Part shown: in pieces, positions 1-12,666 of the stretch | Position numbering within the stretch: the stretch's first letter is position 1 | Layout: every line of letters begins with the position of its first letter | DNA from: Perkinsus chesapeaki ATCC PRA-425 | Taxonomy: Eukaryota; Protista; Perkinsozoa | Direction: 5' to 3' | DNA length: 64,000 nt | Assembly (NCBI GenBank): GCA_013115145.1 | Contig: JAAPAO010000030.1 | Span: forward strand, 58,870 to 122,869 | Translations under genes and position numbers: made by a program | The notes under the pieces: generated by a model | Told to the model about the DNA's origin: nothing | Seen by the model: only the letters and a program-made list of their open reading frames with translations | The model's database searches: none

Positions 1-2798
1 CCTTCAGAACCGTCTTGATCGGCGTCGGTGATGTAATCCCTTCTGTTTTACACGATGCTTCCCATGACGGCGTAGACGTTGCAGTGAAGCCGCCCGAATA
101 GTGGGATGCATCCCGACCATCAGGCGAGCCAATACCGTGGATAACCATGTCCATCTTGGCGCTTCGTGTCTTCGAAAACCCTTCGTGCAACTCCGGAAAT
201 TTCGCCACCAGTTTCTTCGCCACCCGATAGTTTCTTCCAGCGGTTGAGTTGCTGTTGTCGTTGCTACCTCCAGCGGCAGACTTGTTCCTCAGCATCGTGT
301 GTATAAAAGGCTTTAGGCTTTTAACGAGATCACCAAACTCTGGCAAGCCACGGTTCTTAGTGACTATCAGCAGTTTTTGGAGGACATAGTTGCCATACGT
401 ATCCCACAGAAGTTCTTCAATCCTTCTGCCCGACAAAAGGTCCTTCGCAAGGTTGCGAGCAAAGGTCGATGGGCCACGAACAAGAAGAAGCTCGACGCAG
501 TTAGAAGAGTACTTGTCTTTGGATAAAGTGATGATGGAGCGGGACAGGACTCGGGACACCTCCCCAAGGGCTTTGCAACCTGCTGTGCTACCCGACACTG
601 CTGGACTCTGAAGGATGTGCTGCACAGCATAGTTACCGTACTGATGCCTGGACATGGAGACAAAATCGGCGACAAAGATCTGAAAGCAACGGCACCAAGA
701 ACAGCGCACATCGCTCGATCTATCTTACCTCCAATAGCCTTGTTGTATGACGGCCGACAATGACAGGATGCTCCGTCCAACCAGAGCCATTGGGGTAGTG
801 CTGCTGCATGTCTGGGTCTGCCTCAACCTAATAGGTGTGATGCTCAATCTATCCTCACCCATGGCCATACCCTATCGATTGCCGGACATCTCTCTATAAC
901 TTTCTTCGCTGTGATGACGCCCCACTGTGAACAGCTAATATCAATAAAACGGTCCAAAAGGCATTCGAGGAGCCATCCACTTTGAGCCATGACATCCAGG
1001 ATCTGGAACACGCAACTCGGGAATGAACCAGCGTCACAGCGACTTGCCTTGAGAAGGACGTAGCATCCGTTGGAATCTACTGCGAGCTCTCGGCAACAGA
1101 CGCGGATCGCACCGAGGAGCGGTAGTTGATTCGATCCACCATACCGGACATTAGCCTCGCTGATGAGCTTTTGCACAACTCGTGTACCATGCGGATGAAC
1201 ACACAAATCAAACAGAGCACGGCCCTTGAGGATCTGGGTGTTGAGGAGTTGCTCGAACGTTGCCATATCGCTGACTTCTAGTACTGCTTGTGAGACGTAA
1301 TTGCCGATCGAATGGAACGACAGAGGCAGGAAGGCTGGCACTAGTCGGTCCACCACGCGGGACACCTGAGCAGCATCATAGGCACATCGAAGCTCCCAGA
1401 ATAGCAGCGACGGTGGTACCTTACCTGGGAAGCATTGCGGAACTCAGCTCGAAGGGCATCTTGAAGGTAGAGAGATGTCACGTGATCTTCAGCATAGGAT
1501 CGAACCTCTTCGTCCGTCAGGGCCAAGAAGTCATCGAAGGGGAACTGCCCACCACTTTCAACCTTCAGCTTGTCATAGCATTCGGAATCTTTCTCATGAG
1601 GAGCAGGATGATAATCAACCGGTAAAGTAGCACCCAGCGGAAGCCTCGGGAGGCCAAGTCTTGCCGAGCCAGGTTGTTGTTGGTGGTGGGGTGGTGGTGG
1701 TACGTATTGATGAGCGGAGAGATAGGAAGGAGCTGGTGTCTCATAGACCAATGGATTCATGGTCGGGGAGAGGGATACTTGGTTAACATCAGAGGAGGAA
1801 TTGGATGTAAGATATACGTTCTCATTGTTGTTGTTGTTGTCATGCGGAGGTGGTGGTGGATATCCTGCACTAGTAGAGTAAGATACCACAGGAGAAGGCA
1901 TATGGGAGCGAGGTGAAGACCAAGGGTCAAAGTAGTCCGGGGGAGGTGGAGGAGGAGAATAGGCGTTGGAGCTAAGAATATGACAGTTTCTTTAAAAGCT
2001 GCTGATCCTTCCTTACCCAGGTGCCCAGGCCTGACTACAGGAGTAGTCCTCAGATTGTTCCCACCACTCAGGCATGCTGCTCTCCTCCATTGGACTTGCC
2101 CCTTGTTGATGGTGTACAGCCCCAAATGGGGATAAGGAGGAGTCACCATACAGAGAATGAGGCATGCTAGGTCCTCCGCTGACCGGACCTGGATACGCCT
2201 GTAGGGGTGCTGCCATCTCCACCAGACCTAACACCACATAGCTGAGATGATGCTACTTCTGCGGATAAGCTTACGCATGTCGGTGCTTGCTGGACCACAT
2301 TGCTCAGGCAGCCAGTGCTGCTGAGAGGGTCGACGGTCCCACCATTGATAAGGCGGTGGTGGTGGTGGTGGACATTCAAAGCGATACCCAGACACCATCT
2401 GCCCGCCACAGCCACTGGTGCTGCGAGGGGAACCGTTGGGGGGCAGTGGGGGAGGCGGCGGAGGAGGAGCTATCACCGATTGCTGTTGGTGGTGATGGTC
2501 ATATTCACGACCACCACTGGGGAGCATGATGCCAACACCAGTGCCTCCTCCTTGCGGGACGGCGATCTGTCGATGAATACTGTAACGGTTGCGAAGGCAT
2601 GCAATATCCTACCCCAGGCGGAGGGGAAGGTGGTGGGCTCGGTATCCACCTGTGGCTTGTCTCATGTGGTGGCTGTGGTATCATACCGTAATGCGTCTGT
2701 GGAGGGATGGACGATGTTGAGGAGGAGGTCCGAGGGTCAGGCCCTTCCATCCCAGAAGCTGATGAGGTCAGAAAACAGTCACGTGGCGAATTCGCCAT
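1..2798 (-). CDS. Pumilio/PUF-repeat RNA-binding protein; multi-exon, Pro/Gln-rich N-terminus, 3' end runs off the window
   Basis: PUF-like repeat segments HPHGTRVVQKL, DSNGCYVLLK, SQWGVITAKKVIE (844-1365) and LSKDKYSSNCVELLL (about 460-520). Putative ATG at 2798 (MANSPRD). The reading frame is still open at position 1. Confidence 0.75.
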
Positions 2799-2940
2799 TA
2801 AATCAAAATTATCCGTGTAGGGCACGGAGAATGGACAACTCAACAGCTGGGAGATACGCTCCTCCACCCCCCCCGATGAATCCTGTTAATTGACTATAAA
2901 ACGAAAGAAAGGGGTCAGAGGGAAACCATTGGTAATAATA

Positions 2941-3438
2941 TCAATCCTTGCCATCATCGAAGTTCTCAGGTTTATCAGGCCCGAACATACACAAGTGGCC
3001 GAGACCGCGGCCCTCCATGTCCTCGACTAAGCAAGCACGATACTCTTCAAAGTACTCATCACACGATAAGGCAAGATCTCCTCGAAGGAAGGCATGTCGA
3101 TACCTGAGACGGGGCAATTACTTTAGTGCCCCCACGGAGGGTAGCTCCCTACCAGTTGTTGAAGCACTGATCGTATCGATCCTTCAAATGCTTACAGGAC
3201 TCTATGGCTTGCTTGTGAGCGTCTGCCACTTGTCGGCCATCCTACAACACAATTTCCCGCTGTCCCTTCCCTACCAGCCTACGTTGGGATCGACATCTGC
3301 CTTCTGCGCTGCTGCTGCCGTCGATGATGATGACGACGACGACGCTGCAGGTGTATCCGATGCCTTTGAGCTGGCATCGCCAGACCCATCTTCAGTTTTG
3401 TTGTCATCCTTCTTTCCGCCGCCCCACAACCAACCCAT
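2941..3438 (-). CDS. MDM35: MDM35/TRIAP1-like mitochondrial intermembrane-space twin-Cx9C protein (3 exons)
   Basis: Removing two GT-AG introns (3242-3282 and about 3105-3152) gives MGWLWGGGKK...AIESCKHLKDRYDQCFNNWYRHAFLRGDLALSCDEYFEEYRACLVEDM. This shows twin CX9C motifs and matches the Mdm35 family pattern. It is missed by the ORF track. Confidence 0.8.
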
Positions 3439-3580
3439 AGTGGTAAAATAGTCAACTGATCCTCAACAATACTACTTCAGTAACCGTACAAACAACCAAC
3501 TGAACCCAACTAAACTTGCAGAGGATCTGCTGGTCAGGAAGAAAAAAGAACACTAAGCAAATATTTCGATGTTAAAAACG

Positions 3581-6500
3581 CTATGAAGAGTTCAACAATT
3601 CAGCAGCAGCAGCAGCAGTGCAGGTAGAGTACTTCATCCGTCTGGTGAAACCGTCAAATTCCTCTCGACACCGTGCCACCACTCCTCGAAGACGAGCTCG
3701 CTGGGCAACAAGAATGGCATTCTGGCAATGAGCCCCGCCGCCGCCGCCTTCGCCATGAGGATGCCCGCCACTCCGGGTCAATGCCGCTATGTAATGGCCT
3801 GTCATCAGGACCGACTCCAACAGTATCAAAAGCTCCTCTATCTCCTCTTGTGGTGGCGTGGCGAAGCACTCCAGATCGCCTATCGCTCGGGTAAGCTCGG
3901 CCAGAGCCAGGGCGTAGGCCTCTGCCTTGGTGACGTCCATACGGGAGATCCTCTCAGCAATGCCAACGGCAATGTGGGCGCTGGTGAGTAGCCTGCGTTG
4001 AGTATCAATCAATGAATCGGTGGCAGAGGTGCCTGGGGGCGGGATCGAACCTGGGTCACCATCCTCAGAATCTTTGACCCACTCCCATACAGTTGATAGC
4101 CACGAGCCCGTTGTGTTGCCGCTGTCTCCTGCACTCGCCAGTATAGCACTGCTGTTGACCGCACTAAATGCCACAGGCTCTGCCGCCACCTCCGCCGAGG
4201 CCACCGATGAAGGGACGCTCGGAAGGTCATCGTCCCGACTAGAATGACCGGTGCGGTGGCTTTGAGGCCGAGTAAGACCGGAGTCCTCCTGCCGCCCATC
4301 AATGACGACTAGTCGAGGGGACCGGCGACCACTGGATGCTGACGAAGATACGCTGCTACCAACAGAGTCACGGGACCTTGAGAACACGCCTGGGGTCTCC
4401 ATCCGGCATTCCGTATTCAAGGGTCCTGGCATACGCCGCTCCTCACAGTGATTCTGGCCCAATGAGATGGCCGTCCGTGGTTCGGGGTGCACTGTGTGGC
4501 TCTGAGGGGCATTAACAGCCTGTTGGGCAAAGGAGAGCAGTTTGCTGCCAACACCAGCAAGATACTCAGCACTGGCTAAAGCGGCTGCCTCAACACCAGA
4601 TGAGAATCCGTCCTCCAGTTCTGCCCAGGTATCCGTCGGAGGAGTGCCTATCATATACTCCTCTACCCCATACCATACTTCACCACCCCCATCCGTGCCT
4701 CGACTCACTGCCACCGCTTGCGTAAGAGTGGGAGGAGGAGGCTCGGCGGCGATCGAGTAGTGCTGATGGGATGTAGGGTTCGTAGGAGTGAAATGATGAA
4801 GCTGCCCTTCAGTGTGTAATGAGGTAGAGCTGCTTGCATGCTGGTCAATGGGCTCCCGGATGTATGTCCCCTCCACCAAGACAGCCGCAGCAGCTAGCTC
4901 ACCCCCAATAGGAGGAGGAGGGGTACCACAGCGTCGGTCTGGGTACCAGTCTCGAGTTACTTCCGAGCTCCCAGGAACTACCTCGACATCAGACTCGACA
5001 GTTACACTACTATTTGACCCTTCAGCCTTGGATGTCTCCTCCTCCTCAGCCATCGGTACCTCCTCCTCAGCCATCGGTACCTCTTCCTCCTCAGCCATCG
5101 GTACCTCCTCCTCCTCAGCCATCGGTACCTCCTCCTCCTCAGCCATCGGTACCTCCTCCTTCTCCTCAGCCATCGGTACCTCCTCATCCTTCTCCTCAGC
5201 CATCGGTACCTCCTCCTCATCCTCAGCCATCGGTACCTCCTCCTCCTTCTCCTCAGCCATCGGTACCTCCTCCTCCTTCTCCTCAGCCATCGGTACCTCC
5301 TCCTCCTCCTCCTCAGCTATCGGTACCTCCTCCTTCTCCTCAGCCATCGGTACCTCCTCCTCCTTCTCCTCAGCCATCGGTACCTCCTCCTGCTCCTCCT
5401 CCTCAGCTATCGGTACCTCCTCCTTCTCCTCAGCCATCGGTACTTCCTCCTCCTCCCCCCCAGCCATCGGTAACTCCTTCTCGGTGTTCTCCACACCCTC
5501 AGTCATCTGCATGGTCGGTACTTGGTCTATCGAACAGATTGGACCTTCAGTCGCTGCATCGGAGGAGCCAATTCCATCGTCTGGGCATGAGGCCTCCAAA
5601 TCGATAAGGTATGGTTCGTCGATATCCTCTGAAGCTTGTCCGCGGCCACCATGAGGGCGGCTGCGGCCATCACCCTCCTCACCTGCTGCCAGCCCCAGCA
5701 GCATGGTGGTGAACTCCTTCCTTATTATCGGCCCTATAGCGCTATCTGCCGTAATGAAGGTTGGTGAGCCCACCAGAGGACAATGAGCGAACCAGCCACA
5801 AGTCTCCAGACAGAGCCCAGCCATGAGCAGCTCCATCACCCCCATCTCGTCCGCCGTCCGGTCAACGCCGAATACGGCTACATAGACGGGAAGCTTACAG
5901 CCCTCGACACAGCGGCAGGCGAAGCTCGCTAAAGGCTCTTGAGGCATTGCACCCAGGGTCTCCGAGTGTAGGAGAAGGAGTAAGCCAGCATCCCTTCCTG
6001 GCTGCGGGTAGACACTGTCCAAGTCGAAGATGGTCGATTGATGAGCAGCAGCAGCAGGAGTATATGGTGACGCTTCTATGGTGGCAATAAGCTCACGTAT
6101 GTTGATGAGGCCCAGCTTTGGGTACTTGAGCACACCTTCAGGAGGAGAACTCAATCTAACCTCGACTGACGAAGATACCAACAAGGCCTCGGGTAAATGC
6201 AATGGAAGAGTGGCCAGAAACTGTCGAAAGGACGTGGAAAGGATCGTGCCTGATCCACACGGTACCCACCATGGCCGCTCAGAGGAATACTACCATATTT
6301 CGCCCGAATCTCCGACGCTAGGGAGTCGTCATCGCTACCAAGTGTAGCGAGGCCTCCATGGGCAGCAAGACGAGCTGTCCTCTCTCTGACCAGCTCAGCC
6401 AGACGCTGCCGACGCTCTTGTTTTGAAAGGACCGACAACCGCAGCCAATTGGCACCTAGGTCAGGGCACTAGGTGGTGGTAATCCGAGTAGCAAGCTACC

Positions 6501-6641
6501 GTTTTCGCACTCCCTAAGAACCTGTTCCCTTATCTCGGCCTCCATCTCCTCCCTGGTGCATAGCGGGGCTCTTAAGCGCGGATTGGCACTGTCAATGTAC
6601 AGGAGCAGTCGATCGCCACATGCCGGAGGAGGCACGGCCAT
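3581..6641 (-). CDS. Hypothetical acidic protein with an internal (E)nVPMA tandem repeat and a very large terminal exon
   Basis: 873-aa ORF 3581-6202. Upstream exons 6151-6438 and 6456-6641 join through a plausible GT-AG intron (ENG|ANWLRLSVLSKQERR). No family recognised. Confidence 0.65.
5030..5475. repeat. Coding minisatellite with variable-length units of about 21-33 nt (core tcctcagccatcggtacctcc), about 15-16 copies
   Basis: Directly visible. The minus strand encodes 15 x E(3-6)VP[M/I]A plus one LPMA unit. Confidence 0.95.
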
Positions 6642-6892
6642 CAAGAGAAAACTGAGAGGGATTGACGGTGGGATGTGACCAACATCTCAACATAAGACGA
6701 TATAAAGAAAAGGATCTATTAGTGAGAGTGGTTATTTAAGCCGAAGCTGAGTAACTGTTCATTCGGGACCAACTAAAAGCCTTCAGAGGCGGAACATCTT
6801 AGAGCCGCCATGGAAGACTTCATCGTGGGGAAGGCGCCGGTGAGGGTGATCACGGCAGCAATAAGCGCTCCGTATGCGGAGACCGATAGCTA

Positions 6893-8139
6893 CTACCAAT
6901 GGTGGCCCTCGGAGACACTTTCCTTTCGGCAGGGGAGGCTACCAGTGGTGCGGATAGGGGTACTAGGCTCGGAGATACCTGAAGAGTTAGTAGTCAACGG
7001 CCAGGGTAGGCTATAACTCACTCTTTGCTTGGTGTCCAGCCCACATGGCAGACGTAATGCTTGGTCATACACCAGCTGACCATAAACAAGCAGGACAAAG
7101 CCTACAGCTTGTATCCAGGAGTATTGGGTTAGAGGCTCACCAAGACCGTACTGTGGAATAGCATAGTACCTAACAACAGAAGAAGCATGCCCTGCCTCCT
7201 CCGACCTGCTGTGTCTTACATAAGAACCGATACCAGCCATATAACAATGGTCCTGGAAGCATCCAGGAAGGTATGATGGATAGCCGAGGCTTCTGCTGTG
7301 ACCATCACACCACAAATATTAAAGACCAAGATCGATACCACAAATGCCAGAGTGCTGGCTACAAGCATAGGAGAGTTTCCTAGCATCACAAAGGAGTCCT
7401 CAGTGTTCTCCATTACGTGGCCAGTGTCCGAGCCCGGTAAATGCTGCAATGCCGGTACAAACACCAGACACATGAGCAAGGTACCCCAGAACCCTTCGAG
7501 GCCCACAAGGGCCATGGGCGCAACGTCATTTGGGGGCTTTAATAAGAACTCCTCAAGGACGTACTGGGCAGCACATACGACTTGGCCGGCTACTATGATA
7601 AAGATGCCCAGAAGCATCAACGGTAGACTGACAACTTGTGTCTGCTGTTCCCTCGATGACAGCGAAGATACTCCAACTAATATTAAAGCTACCAAACATA
7701 GGAACACCCCAACCCAATGGTGACGGTACATTTTGCGGCCAAGGAAAAGTACAGAGAAGAGGGCCGAAAAAAGGAGTATACTTCCTTTCAACATTTGATA
7801 TACAGACACCGGGGTGTAGACCAGACCGATTGCCTGGAGAGATGAGCCAAGGAGATCGAAAGTGGACGGGATGCATACGGTAAACCACATCCTCAGACCA
7901 ATCGTGGATCTTTGCGGCCGGTCTGCGTCCGTTTTATTTCCCCTCCCTACGCAGTAGTACAAAGGCAGGGCCAACAGCATGGCAACAAACATGACCAAAC
8001 TCATAAACCAGGGCTTTTGAAAAAAGTGTTCGGTGCCTCCAAGCCCTACAGCCTGGCTCTGAAACATGAGTTTCTCTATGATAGAGTTCGCAGAGCCAGC
8101 AATCAAGCCAATGCCGAAGATAGAGGAAAAGGACACCAT
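6893..8139 (-). CDS. SLC35F-like / DMT-superfamily multi-pass transporter, copy 1 (one intron)
   Basis: About 10 hydrophobic helices; motifs FQKPWFMSLVMFVAM, QMLKGSILLFSALFS, LVGLEGFWG, FLDASRTIVIW, then exon 2 YYA...WIQAVGFVLLVYGQLVY. Confidence 0.8.
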
Positions 8140-8510
8140 AGCTGTGGAGGAAAAGATAAACCTCTATCTCCCCTCTATAAATAACACAACACCACCTTCA
8201 ACTTGGCAAAGCTTAGTGCAAGCCTGAATGTAGAAAATTCGATTTGCCGTCTACCAACAAACAGTGTGAAACACTTCGTGACGGCAAGACTGATCCCCAG
8301 CTTCGGAACAACTGCTTTACGAGATTACGCTCACACTAGAAAAAAGCCAATATATAAATTCTACTAAGAACAGTCTGATTATAATGCTAGGAAGAGCTGC
8401 AAGCTCTTCATTATCTACCACGGTTGCTATTGCTCGGTGATATGGGATCCTCTAGATCCTCTCTACTGCTCTGGCAGTTCTTACTGATGATCTCTACTTG
8501 AGGTCTCTCA

Positions 8511-9728
8511 TTATTGAAGCAAGCCGAGTAGAATGGTATAGAGACAATACCATCATAAACCAGTTGACCATATACCAATACGATAAAGCCAAATGCCTGT
8601 ATTAGAGAGTACCAACTTAGAGCCTCACCTAGGTGGTGGTCTGAGCTTGTGTAGTACCTAGAATGAAATGAAGCAAATGGATAGATGGTGCTAGTATTAC
8701 ATTAGAACCGACAAAGCCCATACAGAGACAGTTCTGGTGACTTCTAGGAAAGACCGATGAACCGAGGATGCATGTGCTGTCACCAATGCAGCGCTTACCT
8801 TATATATAAAGAAAGCTACCAATAGACCAACACATAGAGCCATTATAAGCCCAGAGTTGTGCAGCATCTCGAAGGTATCCATAGTGTTCTCCATCACACC
8901 ACCAGCATCACTACCAGGTATGTGCTGCAGCAATGGGAGAATAAACGACACAAGAAGTAATGTCCCCCAGAACCCTTCCACACCAATCATCACCAATGGT
9001 GAGAGTGTGTGAGGCGGTTTGAGAAGATACTCTTCTATAACGAACTGAGAACCCCTGATAAGCTGTGCTGCCAAGACTAGGCCCAGGCCTAAGGCTATCT
9101 CCGCAGACCCAACTCTACCAGGTTCCCTTTTGGACAGTATGTGAGATATGCCTACTGGAATCAAAGCAAAGACACAGAGGCATAGACCGATCCAATTGCT
9201 GTCCGAGAACTTCTTGCGCAGAAAGATTCTTCTAAATAAAGCGGAAAAAATTAGCACACTTCCTTTGAGGATTTGGAATATAGAGACCGGCGTATATACC
9301 AGAGCAATGTTCTGTAGGCCTGATCCAGTAAGCTCACATACAGCGGGTATTGCAACCATAAAGACTAACTTGATCGGGATAGGTTTGGCAGCTTTACGAT
9401 AGGATTTGAAACACATAAGGATACCATGAGCCACAGAAGATATGAGCATGCCCAAGAAAGTTATTGTGGTAACAAAACCGGGCTTGAGGAATAGATGGGA
9501 AGTCATAATGCCTGTAGCTGATGACTGGTAGAGTGTCTTCATTATCGTATATGTTGCCGTACCCGATAGTATCCCTATAATAAAGTAGAGTAAATAACGT
9601 GACATTTTATAAAGAGTATAATGGTGACGGGGAGTATATATAACCCTACAAGAGGCAGCATGACGCACACCAAATAACCTCTGAAGAATCCTGACCGTAA
9701 ATGTACCCGATGGCCAAAGCCTGGCCAT
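8511..9728 (-). CDS. SLC35F-like / DMT transporter, copy 2 (tandem paralog; start at 9728 or 9605)
   Basis: Same motifs (FLKPGF, QILKGSVLIFSALF, MIGVEGFWG, FLEVTRTVSVW). The intron falls at the same position (SVLM|YY). Exon 2 reads SLIQAFGFIVLVYGQLVYDG. Confidence 0.8.
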
Positions 9729-10079
9729 CCTAAAACCTCCAACACGTCATAGAAGTTGTAGTAAAATTGCTGGTGTTTGGCCTTCTTAATAACACGGGTC
9801 CCTCACTCTATAAATAAACCCTTTTAATATGAGAAGTACAACTGGTGAGACTAGCAAGAGATATAAAAGGCAAGTCTGTCCATATTCACGGACTGGTAGA
9901 TATCACGTCGGATGAACGTCCCGAATTACGTCACATCGCACGCGTACGCACAAGGTAGCGCGCGCCCAGAAGTATATAATCCTGCGCTGTTGGTGGTCGT
10001 GGTGGAGTTGAGTGTGTTACAAAATTGTTGTAGTTGCGGAGGGTACTCCACTCTCACTACCGCCCTCTTTATTAAAGGT

Positions 10080-12321
10080 ATGAGCGGTCCTGAGGAGGCT
10101 ACCGACCATGCTGGGACATGGAATGCTCTATGGAAAAGTGGACAAGACTTGGCTGCTGCATTGCAGAGTCAAACACAGGAGGTTGCGGCTAAGATACAGA
10201 GTCAGGCGCATGACCTGGCTGAACAGGTATATAGTAATGATCTGACGGAAATATGGTATGAATATTAGGTGTCATCAAAGGAGTGGAGAGGGAAAGTGAC
10301 AACAGCAGTTCAACAGGTAAGATGGAATCCTTGCATCTAGTACGGAGGATGAGGGTAGGCTACCGAGACAATACAACGAAAGGCATCGTCCTCATCGCCG
10401 ATTGAGAAGCCTATTAAGAGGAATACTGTTATTAAGCTGGCATCTAGGGTCTATATTATACCCTTTCCGGAGAAACATAGAGTGGCGGCTATGAGCGCCG
10501 CACTACCGGACAATTGTAAGATATTTAATATGTCGGAACGAACGTAAGCATGCAGCAGCTCATCATTGGGCAGCTAAGGCAGATACGATACAGCAGAGAT
10601 GTTCCCAAGCACTTCTGTATCCATAGTGGACGTAGCCTTCCCGGGGCTACCTTACCCGCCGCTGGTCAAAATGGCCGAGATATGCCTTCAAACGGAGCAG
10701 TGGCTCAATGAAGATTCCAACAGATGCGTTGCGGTAAAATATGATGACTTATATTCCCCAGTATCGTTGTTGTAGTTGCATTGCATCCCAAGTGGGTTGC
10801 CAACTCGGACATTGGTCGTGTCGGCATGCCTACTATATTGGCTCTTCCCGGGAGAATACTCCCATCCATTGGAGGCAGTGCCTAAGGTCTGTAAATCACT
10901 ACCGTTAAAAGAGGAGGATCTATTGCCTAGCCAGAGACGGTACTAAAGGGGGTAGCTGGGGAGACCATCAATCGACCTTATAGGTATCTTTCTAATTTCT
11001 ATCGCTGCGTTAGCAGTCGTAGAAGTGTTAGTGAGGACAGCATCTCAGACTCTGGCTCTGAGGAGTCATCTTATCTCACTCCCTTACCTGTTAATATGAA
11101 CATAGTGAAGATTATCGTAAAGGCTAACGATAAGTGTGATAGCGGTAATCATGATGCTTGCTCCTTTGGAGGGTCGGAGGATGCTGGCTTTGGTTTAGAT
11201 AGCACACCTCTGGCCAACCCTTCATCAAAGGTCGGATGGAGGCCTTATCTAGATCTTTGGCAACAGGGACGTAAACTCTATTCTAGCTGGGAGGCTATAG
11301 GCGATGATTCCGTCCCGGCCAAACGCTCCAGGGTCGATGAACCCGTCCTTACTTTCACCATACCTAACGGTGGCATTACGGTCAGCAATGATGTACTAGA
11401 GGGGGACAGCTATTGTGTCGTCGGCCGCGTTGTGGTGGTGGTATGGGTGGTGTTGTAGGTCATATTGAGGTTGCGGACGTATCCTGGCCCCCATACCGTG
11501 TTTCGTGTGCCTCTGTCATGCCCGGGAGTATTGTACCACGACAAAGTTGGACGGATCAGGCTCAGTCGGGCTGATCTGGACGGAGGGGTCCTTTCCGCGT
11601 TCGTAGATGATGTAGAGGTGGTGGTCTCATTTGACGGTAGTAGTGGTGGGCAGGGCGTGAAGTTGGGGGAGGTATCTTTTTAAGATACCGAGGTTGATGA
11701 AGATAACCCTGCTATACAACATGCTCGGCAAGTGTTGGCCGATTGCAGAAGCAGTTTGGTTCGACACTACACAGAAGACGTCACCAAATCGAATGGTGCT
11801 GTTGTTGGTGGTAGAAGGCCTCGATCAAAGAGTAATGGTAAAGGGCATAGATCCAAGGAGGTAGGAGTGGCGGGGTAGGACTAGGAGAGGGATCTCCTTT
11901 GTAGGGCAGAAGCTCTAGTGGGACACCTAAGGATGGTAGCAAGGCGAAGGCTAGGGTGGTAGAGAAGGATGTTCTGCCGCCGCCGCGGCCGGCCAATGGT
12001 GTGGATAGCGGGGTTGTTACTGCTACTGGGTCACCAGTTAAGGACTTCATGCCAGATGAGGAGGCGATGAGGGGCATGGACATGAGTGCAGAAGATGCCG
12101 AGCTTGGCATTGATGATTTGTAATAACGTTGTGTGAAGTCGTGTCGTCTGTTAGCTCATCTATCCAGGTATGGTTTGATGGCAGCAGATGATTCCTGGGG
12201 AGCCCAGCCAGCCGCTGCCGATGACGACGACGACGACGATGGGTCAATGACGTCGGAGAGTGCCGCTAGTCGACGGAGACTATCTAGTGTTGATAATGTA
12301 GTGACGGAAGTAGCGAAATGA
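10080..12321 (+). CDS. PTEN/tensin/auxilin-like phosphatase-fold plus C2-like protein, multi-exon
   Basis: Spliced segments RVYIIPFPEKH...CKIFNMSERT, DVAFPGLPYPPLVKMAEICLQTEQWLNEDSNRCVA|LHCIPSGLPTRT resemble the PTEN/tensin phosphatase domain. They are followed by a beta-rich region and a low-complexity acidic tail. Confidence 0.65.
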
Positions 12322-12666
12322 CAATGATTGGAGGGGCGGCTGTCACCACCGTCACGCGCCTCATATTGCTGTAACGATATCTCCATTATTTTATGACAAG
12401 CCGCTGTTACGTAGTCACCACCTCTTTTATGGGGCCACCACTATTGTGATCAATTTTGTGGCGCAGTGACGGTTCTCGGAGGTGATGGTGGCACGGTTAT
12501 AACTGCCAGAAGGGCTGCTTTCTGGTTGTGTTTAAAGTTGTTATAATTTTGACGGGGGATTGTTGTTGCAGCAGCACTTGGATGGAAGATACCATCTGTG
12601 GATGATACTCCGGAATGAACCATGGGTTACTATATATCCATCACGCCTTCTTGGTAGTTTGATTCG

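Noticed and set aside
2948-3451. 167-aa plus-strand ORF
   Set aside because: It is antisense to the spliced MDM35 gene, which explains the sequence better.
4812-5654. Long plus-strand ORFs (SSSAIGT)n and (PPPQPSV)n
   Set aside because: They are antisense shadows of the stop-free minisatellite inside the 873-aa minus-strand ORF and have no independent non-repeat content.
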